A program made the position numbers and the translations under genes. From Candidatus Binatia bacterium (GTDB lineage: Bacteria; Desulfobacterota; Binatia; Bin18): a stretch of DNA of 64,000 bases. Under the pieces are notes generated by a model. The model was given only the letters and a program-made list of their open reading frames with translations, was not told the origin of the DNA and ran no database searches. Positions 1-8,314 of the stretch are shown here, piece by piece; within the stretch, counting starts at the first letter, position 1, and every line of letters starts with the position of its first letter. The stretch spans positions 608,001-672,000 of the forward strand of contig OY761159.2 in assembly GCA_963664395.2 (NCBI GenBank). The letters are read 5' to 3'.

Positions 1-59
1 ATGATTTCTCCTTCTAGCTTTTTGACAATGGCGTGGGCATGTTTTTGGGTCAATTTCAT
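1..59 (-). CDS. Partial small protein (N-terminus only), possible HicA-like toxin
   Basis: ATG at 59, 6 nt after the stop of the HicB-like ORF. Reads MKLTQKHAHAIVKKLEGEI and runs off the window edge. The HicA call rests mainly on context. Confidence 0.4.
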   Translation of the reverse strand, partial: MKLTQKHAHAIVKKLEGEI

Positions 60-65
60 CCTGCG

Positions 66-482
66 TCATCCTTCTTTAATATATCTCCGTAGGACCGCGA
101 AGTCCTGTGTCAGACGCGGGCTTAATGCCTCTTCTTCAGTAAGAAATAAAGCAAACGCACTCTCAATATCCGCAGCAAGCAGTAGCATTGCCTCTTCCGG
201 GTCACTGCCTGACATACTGATATGCGCCTCCTCGAAACTGGCAACCCATTCCTGATCTTCTTGTCTTTCCAAACGAACAGGGATGGGTAGGCGGAGTGTA
301 TAGGGCGAGTCTGGCAGCGTATCAATGTGTGGCGGAGAAGATACGGATTGCTCTCCTCCGTATGGCGCGGTTTGCTCTTCTCCAAATGCATCAGACTTAA
401 AGGTAACGTCACTTATGAGAGGAAGGGGATCAGTATTCCAGTAGCCTCCTCTTGAGACTTGCGTCATAGCAGTGAGAGACAT
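66..482 (-). CDS. Hypothetical protein with C-terminal HicB-like antitoxin domain
   Basis: C-terminal half (LPIPVRLERQEDQEWVASFEEAHISMSGSDPEEAMLLLAADI) fits the beta-beta-beta-alpha HicB/UPF0150 pattern. Tightly coupled to both neighbours. Confidence 0.55.
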   Translation of the reverse strand: MSLTAMTQVSRGGYWNTDPLPLISDVTFKSDAFGEEQTAPYGGEQSVSSPPHIDTLPDSPYTLRLPIPVRLERQEDQEWVASFEEAHISMSGSDPEEAMLLLAADIESAFALFLTEEEALSPRLTQDFAVLRRYIKEG

Positions 483-483
483 A

Positions 484-759
484 TCAGTTATCCTTTCGCT
501 TAGTTGGCGGCTTTTTCAGTACTTCTGGTGCTTCAACGACCGTTGGCAGAGTGGCACTTTTCACATTATACATCGGCTCACCATTATCCGCCCACAACGT
601 ATCAAAACGAATAATCTCTTGAATGACTGTTCGGACGCGAATATGGGTACCGTCCGCAAGCTTTACGTCACTAAACCGCTCGGTTGATTCATCGATATCG
701 ATCAATGTCCCGTCTACTAAATTTCCCTGGGGGTCTAGTATCTTTCTCTTGCGTGGCAT
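484..759 (-). CDS. Hypothetical beta-rich protein, 91 aa
   Basis: Purine-rich RBS upstream, protein-like composition, stop 1 nt from the next start. Confidence 0.65.
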   Translation of the reverse strand: MPRKRKILDPQGNLVDGTLIDIDESTERFSDVKLADGTHIRVRTVIQEIIRFDTLWADNGEPMYNVKSATLPTVVEAPEVLKKPPTKRKDN

Positions 760-855
760 TCAGTATTCTTCCTTCCCCTCTGCCTTCTCTCTCTATGGTA
801 CATGGTGTGGAAATGTCAAGCGAGTAGGGCTGGCCCGGATAAAGCTGGATCAGTC

Positions 856-1232
856 TCATAGGCGAGCGTGAAAAACGCGCCCGAGCAAACAATACGGCAT
901 TGCCCTCGGTACACGATAGGAGGGATGGTAAAAGTCGATGACTCTGGTGCGCCATTGTAAGCGGGCTACACCGATATCAAAGCCAGATGGTTGAAATACA
1001 ATACCAGGAAAGAGCACAGACCACAGACTACTGTCGCCTATTCCTCCTACAATCACATCAGGGTTAATGGGTGATTCGGTTCTTTCATGATGAAAAGAAT
1101 CTTGGGGTTGGTGTTCTCGTAGCGCTCCTCACAGACAATGCCATCGAGACACATACGAGCAGCTTCTTTGGGGCGCTGCGCCTTCCACTCCGTGAACAGT
1201 GCATTCAATCTCTCTGTCTTAGTCATAGCCAT
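856..1232 (-). pseudogene. Internally deleted uracil-DNA glycosylase-superfamily-like gene
   Basis: N-part ends in PKILFIMKEPN (motif A-like). It joins out of frame near 1065 to INPDVIVGG...VIDFYHPSYR (motif B-like HPS). The middle is missing. Confidence 0.5.
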
Positions 1233-1479
1233 GAGGAGAGTATGCTCTAGGAAGAGAAGGGCGCCAAGCCCGTAACTGTTAAGTGCGAAATCAAAATAGC
1301 CGTGTGTTCGGTCAATGAAGGATGGCAAAGCCAGCATGATTGCTTCGGGCTGCTGGTCTGACGCTGTACACCACGCGATAGGCTCACCTATCCTCTATGT
1401 ACTGTGGGACGTATAGTAGGACGTAGACATGTTCAAAAGATAAAAATCATTTATTTTCAAATACTTATATTAATCTACA

Positions 1480-1569
1480 TGGCGGAGAGGGGGGGATTCG
1501 AACCCCCGATACCCGAAGGTATACACGATTTCGAGTCGTGCGCGATCGACCGGACTCTGCCACCTCTCC
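1480..1569 (-). tRNA. tRNA-Ser (anticodon CGA)
   Basis: Acceptor stem GGAGAGG/CCTCTCC-G-CCA, anticodon arm CACGA-CT-CGA-AA-TCGTG, long variable arm, GGTTCGAATCC T-loop. Confidence 0.97.
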
Positions 1570-1650
1570 GACTCCCGAGCGAAACTTGCCCCTCACTATA
1601 GGCGATTTCCGGGCAGGCGCAAAGACGGGTATGGCCGCAGACTTTTTCTT

Positions 1651-2145
1651 CTAACGATGCCGCTTCTCCCGGAAAAAACGTTGGAGGAGCGTCCGACACT
1701 CCTCTTCACAGACCCCACTCGTGATGTCCAGGCGATGATTCAGACGGGTATCCAGGGCAATATTATAGAGCGATCCTGCGGCACCGGCTTTGGGGTCAAA
1801 ACAGCCAAAGACGAGGCGTTTGACCCGCGCGGACACTAACGCCCCCATACACATCAGACAGGGCTCGACCGTTGTGTATAGCGTGGCATCTACCAACCGG
1901 TAATTCTTCATATACAGCGCGGCGTGCCGCACGGCTTGGATTTCCGCGTGAGCAGTCGGGTCGGTAGTTGCAATAGGCGTATTATGGCCCCGGCCGATGA
2001 TCTGCTCTTCCAGAACTACGACCGCACCAATCGGCACTTCGTCGGCGGCCTCCGCCAATGCGGCTTGTGCCAGGGCGGCTTGCATCCAGGCCCTATCGTG
2101 CTCAGCCTGTCGGTCCGTTCTGGGAGAATTGTTTTCAACTGACAT
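1651..2145 (-). CDS. tadA: tRNA adenosine(34) deaminase
   Basis: EVPIGAVVV, DPTAHAEI, TVEPCLMC and DPKAGA motifs. Start set at MSVENN. Confidence 0.93.
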   Translation of the reverse strand: MSVENNSPRTDRQAEHDRAWMQAALAQAALAEAADEVPIGAVVVLEEQIIGRGHNTPIATTDPTAHAEIQAVRHAALYMKNYRLVDATLYTTVEPCLMCMGALVSARVKRLVFGCFDPKAGAAGSLYNIALDTRLNHRLDITSGVCEEECRTLLQRFFREKRHR

Positions 2146-3756
2146 CTTCGGCGGCTCGCAACGGCACCCGTTCTTGGCTCTGCCTCTTGTTGTCACGAAC
2201 AACCCGGCGCAACTCATCCAGCGTTCCGACCCCTCCCCGACTCCCGACAATACTATCAACTGCGAGGTCGTATCTCTCGATGGCGTTGAGGAGGTCCCGA
2301 GACCAATCGGCAACCTGTCGGACGGCTCCCGGCGTAAACAGGTCGGCCACAAAGAGTAAGCGTTCCTCAGGCAGATAGACGATCAACATCCCATCCACAT
2401 GCACGGTCTCAATCGGGTAGACAATAACCACCCGATTTTCATCAACGAAAAACTTGCGCTCATTCTTGACTGCTTCAATGACAGCAATGCGCGGACGACG
2501 ATGGAGGCTGTCCGGGACTTGGGTATGAAGCGCACGAAAGGCGTCTTGGAAGAGTGGGACGTTCAGCGCACTGGTCACCACAATCGTATCGGCTGCCACA
2601 TAGGCCCGCAGTCCACCCGCGTGCTCAGCTATGAAAGTGCGTATTAACGACAAACCGGACAGGCTTGGTTGGAAAGCGTTGACGTAACGTATCGAGTACC
2701 GCGAGTGAGTGTGTATCGTCCTGGGGGGCCTCAACCACAATCAGGTACTCGCCCATCTCAACGGCCAGACTCTGATATCTTCCACCGACAATATGCATCA
2801 CCCCTGGGGCAAGGTCACGAAGCACTGGCGTTGAAGCGGAAGTACCAACCGGGTCGGCCCTGGGCAATCTGACGCAGCACCCAGTGAGAACTCTGTTCTC
2901 CGCGCGCCCCGTCCCACTCTTCCGGCTGCTCGATCTCTTCCGGAATAGTAAAGTCCACTTGGGAAAGATCAACATCGTTCTGAATAACCTCAACATGTTC
3001 AACCATGATGGTCTGGCCGTCGACCCGGTAGGTCCGTTCAAACGGGAGTCTGAGCTTTCCAACTTGACGCCAATCGGCAAAAAACACTTCGTTCTGAACG
3101 TCCCCATACAAAGGATCATCTTCAACAAAGACGACCTTGGTCAGTAGTCGCGTTTCCGAGTCAATGGCCAACAGGACGAGCTGCGTATTATCATTAAACG
3201 AGACAACCACTTGGCGGCGGCCATGAATCGTTTGATCCATTAAACGCAGAAAGGAGTCCGAACGACTCAGCGCATGAATAAGGACGGAGACGGGCGAACG
3301 GCGCAGCTCTTTTTGACGGGCGGCAATACGGGTGGCCGACATCGCCCGTCGGCGTGGACTATCAAAGCCATCGTGTCCGAGTATGACGCCATCAAGTCCG
3401 CTCATGACCTCCGTGTATTCCCAGGTTTCCCGAAAGGGATATATGAGCGTGCGCTCCCACTCATAGCGCACTCGGCCCTGCTCCAAGTCTTGGAAGAGCA
3501 CGTACCGAAATTCTGACACCTTCTGTGGCTCGGCTCCTGGCCGCGGACTCAGGTCGGGCTCAAAATTCTCGCCATGGCTGATAATACGCTGACTTTTGAG
3601 GTCAAGCAGGACCGGCCGTTCGCCAATCGCGAGCACGGCCGAATTGACAAAAACCTTGGCAGGTTGGGCCCACACCAGAGGAGGGCAAAAGAGCAGCGAC
3701 AGACAGACACCCCAGACAAGACGTGTCGCAATACTGACGGCTCTCCGCTTTTTCAT
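2135..3756 (-). pseudogene. Secreted MBL-fold metallo-hydrolase broken by two +1 frameshifts (or assembly errors)
   Basis: Signal-peptide-like N-terminus. The three ORFs join into one protein if one C near 2852 and one base near 2627 are removed, restoring NTHFHSEHAGG. Later HVDGML and VADLF motifs are present. Confidence 0.75.
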
Positions 3757-3779
3757 CTGTCCTGGAGGAAAAGGCCCGA

Positions 3780-4403
3780 TTAACCGGTCAGTCCAATCCG
3801 GACCTCTTCGTAACTCGGCCGGCTTTTCAGCCGCTCAGCCCAGGCTGCCACTTTTGGAAATGGACTGAGGTCGATACCTAATAGGTCGCCCAACCCAAGA
3901 AACGGGGTGAAGGTCAGATCGGCAAGGCTATAGTCGCCCATGAGATAGTCTTGATTCCGGAGCCGCTCCTCGAGTTGAGGAAAGAGTGCGTTGAGCCCGT
4001 CTCTATTCCGTGTCATGCGTTCCGGGTCTTGTTCCTCTGCGGGTTTGCGGCTGGTATACAGCAGACGAATGATCGGTGGTACGAACTGGCTGTTACACAT
4101 TTCGATGAGCAGCCGCATTTCAGCCCTGGCGGCTGGCGCCGACGGCGCTAATGCCGGCGTGGGGTATTTGTCTTCCAAATACTCGTTACAGATGGCCGAC
4201 TCATAGACCCACGTCCCTGCTTCGACCAGCACCGGCACTTTGCCGTAGGGGTTAATGGCAAGAAACCAGGGTTCCTTTTGTTCTTTGCTCGGCAGGTCTA
4301 TCAGAATGCGATCAAAGTCGAGGTCTTTTTCTTTGAGAACGATCCTCGTTCTCATAGCGAACGGTCAAGGCAGATAGTCAAACAACTTTCTTTTGATAGT
4401 CAT
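3780..4403 (-). CDS. Glutathione S-transferase family protein, probable selenoprotein (UGA at codon 13, 4367-4365)
   Basis: RBS GGAGAGGAG then ATG 4403 gives MTIKRKLFDYLP-UGA-PFAMRTRIVL, in frame with the GST body (INPYGKVPVL, YESAICNEYLED, YSLADL). Confidence 0.85.
4334..4354 (-). promoter_or_regulatory. Candidate bacterial SECIS hairpin
   Basis: UGAGAACGA-GGA-UCGUUCUCA: perfect 9-bp stem with G-containing loop, starting 10 nt 3' of the in-frame UGA. Confidence 0.7.
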
Positions 4404-4447
4404 GCGCGGCTCCTCTCCATGCGGTGCAAATGGCTCTTCAAACGTTG

Positions 4448-4476
4448 ACCTTAGAAAGACCGGGTGGGTACGTCAA
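4448..4476 (-). promoter_or_regulatory. Sigma70-like promoter for the GST gene
   Basis: TTGACG-N17-TAAGGT on the minus strand, about 45 nt upstream of ATG 4403. Confidence 0.5.
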
Positions 4477-4529
4477 GTCTCTTCGTCCGACGAGAGGGCA
4501 CATTCCTCAACAGAGACAGGCGGACGGCT

Positions 4530-4994
4530 CTAAATATCATACATCGGTACATGCGAGCCGCGGCGCCGGCTTGCTTCGGCGCGTTTGCACATCTCCGCCA
4601 CACTCACCTGAGCAAAGGCTGAGGCAATGGACGCACCGACTTCCAGCATAATACTGCGCAGCCAACAATATTCGAGACTGACACAGTCCGCGCATGTTAC
4701 CGGGTTTGCATCTTCCACACAGGGTAAGGGAGCCAGTGGGCCGTCTACCGCCCAGACAACCTCTTGTAACGAGATGGCCTGTGGGTCGCCCACTAACGTA
4801 TATCCTCCGGCCTTGCCACGCGTACTGTGGACAATGCCGGCTCGCTTGAGTGCGAGAAGCACTTGTTCCAGAAATTTCTTGGGAATGCGTTCTCGACGGG
4901 CAATCTCTTGAATAGGCAATACCTCAGGAGCGCCAGGCGCTCCCAGGCAGGTAAGCGCCCTGAGAGCATATTCGCTTTTCTTCGATATTTTCAT
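4530..4994 (-). CDS. Rrf2-family transcriptional regulator (IscR/CymR-like)
   Basis: SEYALRAL, IPKKFLEQVL, STRGKAGGY motifs, C-terminal Cys cluster and MYDI tail. Confidence 0.92.
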   Translation of the reverse strand: MKISKKSEYALRALTCLGAPGAPEVLPIQEIARRERIPKKFLEQVLLALKRAGIVHSTRGKAGGYTLVGDPQAISLQEVVWAVDGPLAPLPCVEDANPVTCADCVSLEYCWLRSIMLEVGASIASAFAQVSVAEMCKRAEASRRRGSHVPMYDI

Positions 4995-4995
4995 A

Positions 4996-5143
4996 AATCA
5001 CTATTTACTTAGTAGACAATGGTTCCTCTAGTCAATCCCAATGCCTTGCCAAAATTTTTATCAGCAAAGTACTTGACATACGGGCATGAATACTCATAAA
5101 TGAGCTTTATAAGACGATAAAAACTATAGATTTAATAGTGATT
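4996..5143. promoter_or_regulatory. Divergent promoter region with two inverted Rrf2-type operator candidates
   Basis: AATCACTATT-TACTTAGTAGAC at 4996 and its inverted counterpart ACTATAGATTT-AATAGTGATT ending at 5143. TTGACA at 5073. Confidence 0.5.
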
Positions 5144-5185
5144 AGCCGCTCATTCAAAACAATCAAGTCTGAGGAGAGCCGGACT

Positions 5186-7216
5186 ATGGATTCAGCCACG
5201 ACAGAAAGTAGAGGAAACGGGCGCGTAGGCACCCTTGAGAACCCTGAAGTGCCCCCCAATATTCCCGGCCGCGTCATCCCGATTCTTGAAAGGGAATTCG
5301 ACGATTTTGATGACGAAGCGCGCAAGTTTCTTGATGGAGATATAGACCGTCAGGCATTTATGGGTTTTCGGCTCCGCCAAGGCGTATACGGACAACGGCA
5401 ACCCGATGTCCAGATGATCCGGGTCAAGCTCCCCTTTGGTGGAGTAACGCCGGACCAGTTCGACGCGTTTGCCGACATCGCCGAAAAATATGCGCCGCTC
5501 AAAAAAGGCCACATCACTACCCGACAAAACGTCCAGTTCCATTTCATTCCCCTGCTGGAAGCAGCACGAGCCATTCGTCTGCTCGGCGACTCTGGTTTGT
5601 CGACGCGGGAAGCGTGTGGCAACACGGTCCGGAATGTTGTGTGTGATCCGTTTGCCGGAGTTGATCCGGACGAAGCATTTGACCCAACCCCGTACGTTGG
5701 CGCGCTGGTCCGCTATTTTGTTCGCAACGAACTGACCCAAGCTCTTCCCCGAAAATTTAAGATGGCCTTTTCCAGCACCGATAAAGACCGTGCGGTGACT
5801 GGTATTCACGACCTCGGCTTTATCCCTCGCCTCAAAAACGGGCGCAAGGGTTTCAGCATCTCTACCGGCGGGGGTACATCAATTCTGCCCCGGGTGGGCC
5901 GCATGCTGTATGACTTTGTTGGTGTAGACGAATATCTCAAAGTCGCGGAAGCCGTGATCCGTATTTTTGATCGGCAAGATGAGCTGCGCAAAAACCGAGC
6001 CCGGGCCCGTATTAAATTTTTTATCGATCGGATTGGTCTGGATGCGTTTCGTGCGCTCGTTGACGCTGAGATGCGAGGCGACTGGATCAACGCACGCAAC
6101 TTTGACCCCACGCCTCTGCAATGGAATGACAACGAAGAAGAGCGTGCCCCACACGCCCCCATCAATCCTATCAATCCCGGCAGCCCGAACGGCGACCGGC
6201 AGGAGTTCGCCCGCTGGGCCGCCGCCAATGTACAGCCACAACGCCAGGACGACTTTTCGACCGCGGAAGTGAAGATCGCCCGGGGTGATCTTACGCCTGA
6301 ACAGTTCCGGGGTATGGCGCAGATCATGCGGGATTTCAGCGGTGGTCATGCTCGGACGTCGGACGAACAGAATGTGGTGCTGCGTTGGGTCCGCAACGAG
6401 AGCCTGTATGATGTGTGGCTTCGCCTGCAAGCAATCGGTCTGGGTGATGCCGGCGCACGACAGATCACTGATGTCGTGAGTTGCCCTGGTACTGACAGTT
6501 GTAAGCTCGGCATTACCAACTCCATGGGCCTGGCTCAGGCAATCCAGCGACGTGTTGAAGAACTGGCCAAAGAGCTGACAATGGACGATCCGCTCACCAA
6601 AAAAATCCATATCAAGATAAGCGGCTGCCCCAACGGCTGTGGACGCCATCACATTGCCAATATTGGCTTTTACGGCGCAGCCATGAAGTTCGACACGCGT
6701 CAGGTTCCGGCCTATATCGTCATGCTGGGCGGCCAATACGACGCTGGTCAGGTCCGCATGGGTCAACGCCTGAATGTCCGCGTTCCGTCAAAACGTGTTC
6801 CTGAGGCAGTGGAACGATTTGTGCGGCATTATCAGGCCCAGCGTCACACCGCTGAGGCATTCAACGCCTTCGTCGATCGTGTTGGGACCGGCCCGTTTGA
6901 AAGGCTGATCGCTGACCTTTCACTTCCGGTGACGTTTGACGACGAACACCTGAACGAATTTATCGATTGGAACCAAAATCGCGTCTATAAACTCGAACGC
7001 GGCGAAGGCGTGTGTATAGCCAGAGCTATACCAGTATCGGCTGTGCTCCATGCATCCGACCAACTGAAAAAGGGGAAGACGCGCGCGCGGCGCTGGTGGT
7101 GGGAAAACGGGAAAGGCGGAGCAATAAAAGAGTGCGGCATGCACTGCTCTCTTGAAAGCGGCCGTTTTGAGCGCGAATACAGCGCGGGCTTTCATCAGAA
7201 CGGCGAGGGTATTTAG
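5186..7216 (+). CDS. Ferredoxin-dependent sulfite/nitrite reductase (siroheme) with aberrant C-terminal extension
   Basis: RLRQGVYGQRQ, TTRQN, ACGNTVRN, LPRKFK, CPGTDSCKLG and SGCPNGCGRH motifs. The expected end (ERGEG.C) runs into cysH-derived sequence. Confidence 0.92.
   Translation: MDSATTESRGNGRVGTLENPEVPPNIPGRVIPILEREFDDFDDEARKFLDGDIDRQAFMGFRLRQGVYGQRQPDVQMIRVKLPFGGVTPDQFDAFADIAEKYAPLKKGHITTRQNVQFHFIPLLEAARAIRLLGDSGLSTREACGNTVRNVVCDPFAGVDPDEAFDPTPYVGALVRYFVRNELTQALPRKFKMAFSSTDKDRAVTGIHDLGFIPRLKNGRKGFSISTGGGTSILPRVGRMLYDFVGVDEYLKVAEAVIRIFDRQDELRKNRARARIKFFIDRIGLDAFRALVDAEMRGDWINARNFDPTPLQWNDNEEERAPHAPINPINPGSPNGDRQEFARWAAANVQPQRQDDFSTAEVKIARGDLTPEQFRGMAQIMRDFSGGHARTSDEQNVVLRWVRNESLYDVWLRLQAIGLGDAGARQITDVVSCPGTDSCKLGITNSMGLAQAIQRRVEELAKELTMDDPLTKKIHIKISGCPNGCGRHHIANIGFYGAAMKFDTRQVPAYIVMLGGQYDAGQVRMGQRLNVRVPSKRVPEAVERFVRHYQAQRHTAEAFNAFVDRVGTGPFERLIADLSLPVTFDDEHLNEFIDWNQNRVYKLERGEGVCIARAIPVSAVLHASDQLKKGKTRARRWWWENGKGGAIKECGMHCSLESGRFEREYSAGFHQNGEGI
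7013..7216 (+). pseudogene. cysH: 3' remnant of APS/PAPS reductase
   Basis: An alternative frame reads YSQSYTSIGCAPCIRPTEKGEDARA, then RWWWE...KECGMHC in the reductase frame. These are hallmark CysH C-terminal motifs. Confidence 0.8.
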
Positions 7217-7231
7217 GGCGTTTCCCCCAGG

Positions 7232-8290
7232 CTACGACTCAATCACCTCGGCAAACGCCTGCACGAACCGCTGCATCTGTTCGAGCGTCCCAATGCTCAG
7301 TCGAAAGCTGCCGTCAATCACGGGCTTGCCCCGCATATTCCGAACCAGGATGCCTTTCGCGCGCAGCCCACTCTCAACCAACTCGCACTTCCGGGGCGGC
7401 CAGACGAGCAGATAGTTGCCGCCTTGTCCAGAATAGCGCACACCCAAACGCTGGAGCTGTTGCGTCACCCATGCCCTGGCTGCTTGGACCTGTTGGAGGT
7501 ATTGTTCGACGTAGTCACGATCAGCGAGAGCGGCTTTTCCAGCGATCACCGCAAAGGCGTTAATGTCATAGGGGCCGGTTACGCGGCTGAGACGACTCAC
7601 CACCTCAGGCTGACCAATGGCAAAGCCTAACCGCAGAGCGGCAAGGCCCGCGGATTTGGACAGTGACCGCAGCACCACAATATTGTCCAACTCAAGTGCG
7701 GCCGGCAGGACCGACTTCTTCGTGAAATCCGCGTATAACTCATCAACCACAACCAGAGTATCGGGCGCAGCCTGTGCCAACTCCAGCAAGGTCTGCGGTT
7801 CGAGCAAGGTGCCGGTTGGATTGTTGGGATTACAGATAAAGCATAACCGAGGTTTCCAAGTGAGCCGTTGGCGCAGAGTCTCAAGCGGAAAACTCAAGTC
7901 ATCGAGATACAGCACTTCGTCCTGTCGCATGCCGTGCTGTAGGGCGCACGGCTTGTAGTAGCCGAAGGTTGGCGCTGTTGTCAGAAAGGTCGCGCCCTTT
8001 TGGCCGTACACATCAAAGATGGTGTGAATGGCTGCATCCACCCCGTTAAAGGCTTCAACGTGCCGGGCCGGGACGTTGATGGACGCCGCATACGCCTCAT
8101 TCAGGCCGGCATATTCCGGATAGGTCGCATAGGCATTGGGCGGCAGGCGGCGAATGGCCTCAACCACTTTCGGGCTCGGTCCGATCGTATTTTCATTAAA
8201 GTCGAGGCGCAGCATGGGCCGCCGTCCCTCAAGCGGTGCCACATAGGGCTCAAGCTGTTCGACTTCAGACTTGGCCTTAATCATAACCAC
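7232..8290 (-). CDS. hisC: Histidinol-phosphate aminotransferase-like PLP enzyme
   Basis: LRLDFNEN, ICNPNNPTG, VDELY and RSLSKSAGLAALRLG motifs. Confidence 0.8.
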   Translation of the reverse strand: MVMIKAKSEVEQLEPYVAPLEGRRPMLRLDFNENTIGPSPKVVEAIRRLPPNAYATYPEYAGLNEAYAASINVPARHVEAFNGVDAAIHTIFDVYGQKGATFLTTAPTFGYYKPCALQHGMRQDEVLYLDDLSFPLETLRQRLTWKPRLCFICNPNNPTGTLLEPQTLLELAQAAPDTLVVVDELYADFTKKSVLPAALELDNIVVLRSLSKSAGLAALRLGFAIGQPEVVSRLSRVTGPYDINAFAVIAGKAALADRDYVEQYLQQVQAARAWVTQQLQRLGVRYSGQGGNYLLVWPPRKCELVESGLRAKGILVRNMRGKPVIDGSFRLSIGTLEQMQRFVQAFAEVIES

Positions 8291-8314
8291 GCCATCCGGT
8301 GATTCCGCCTGCCT

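Noticed and set aside
1404-1699. Short ORFs overlapping the tRNA
   Set aside because: Spurious translations of the tRNA-Ser sequence.
2625-2627. UGA after HFHS in the MBL gene as a second selenocysteine
   Set aside because: The conserved continuation (EHAGG) is in a different frame, so this is a frameshift rather than readthrough.
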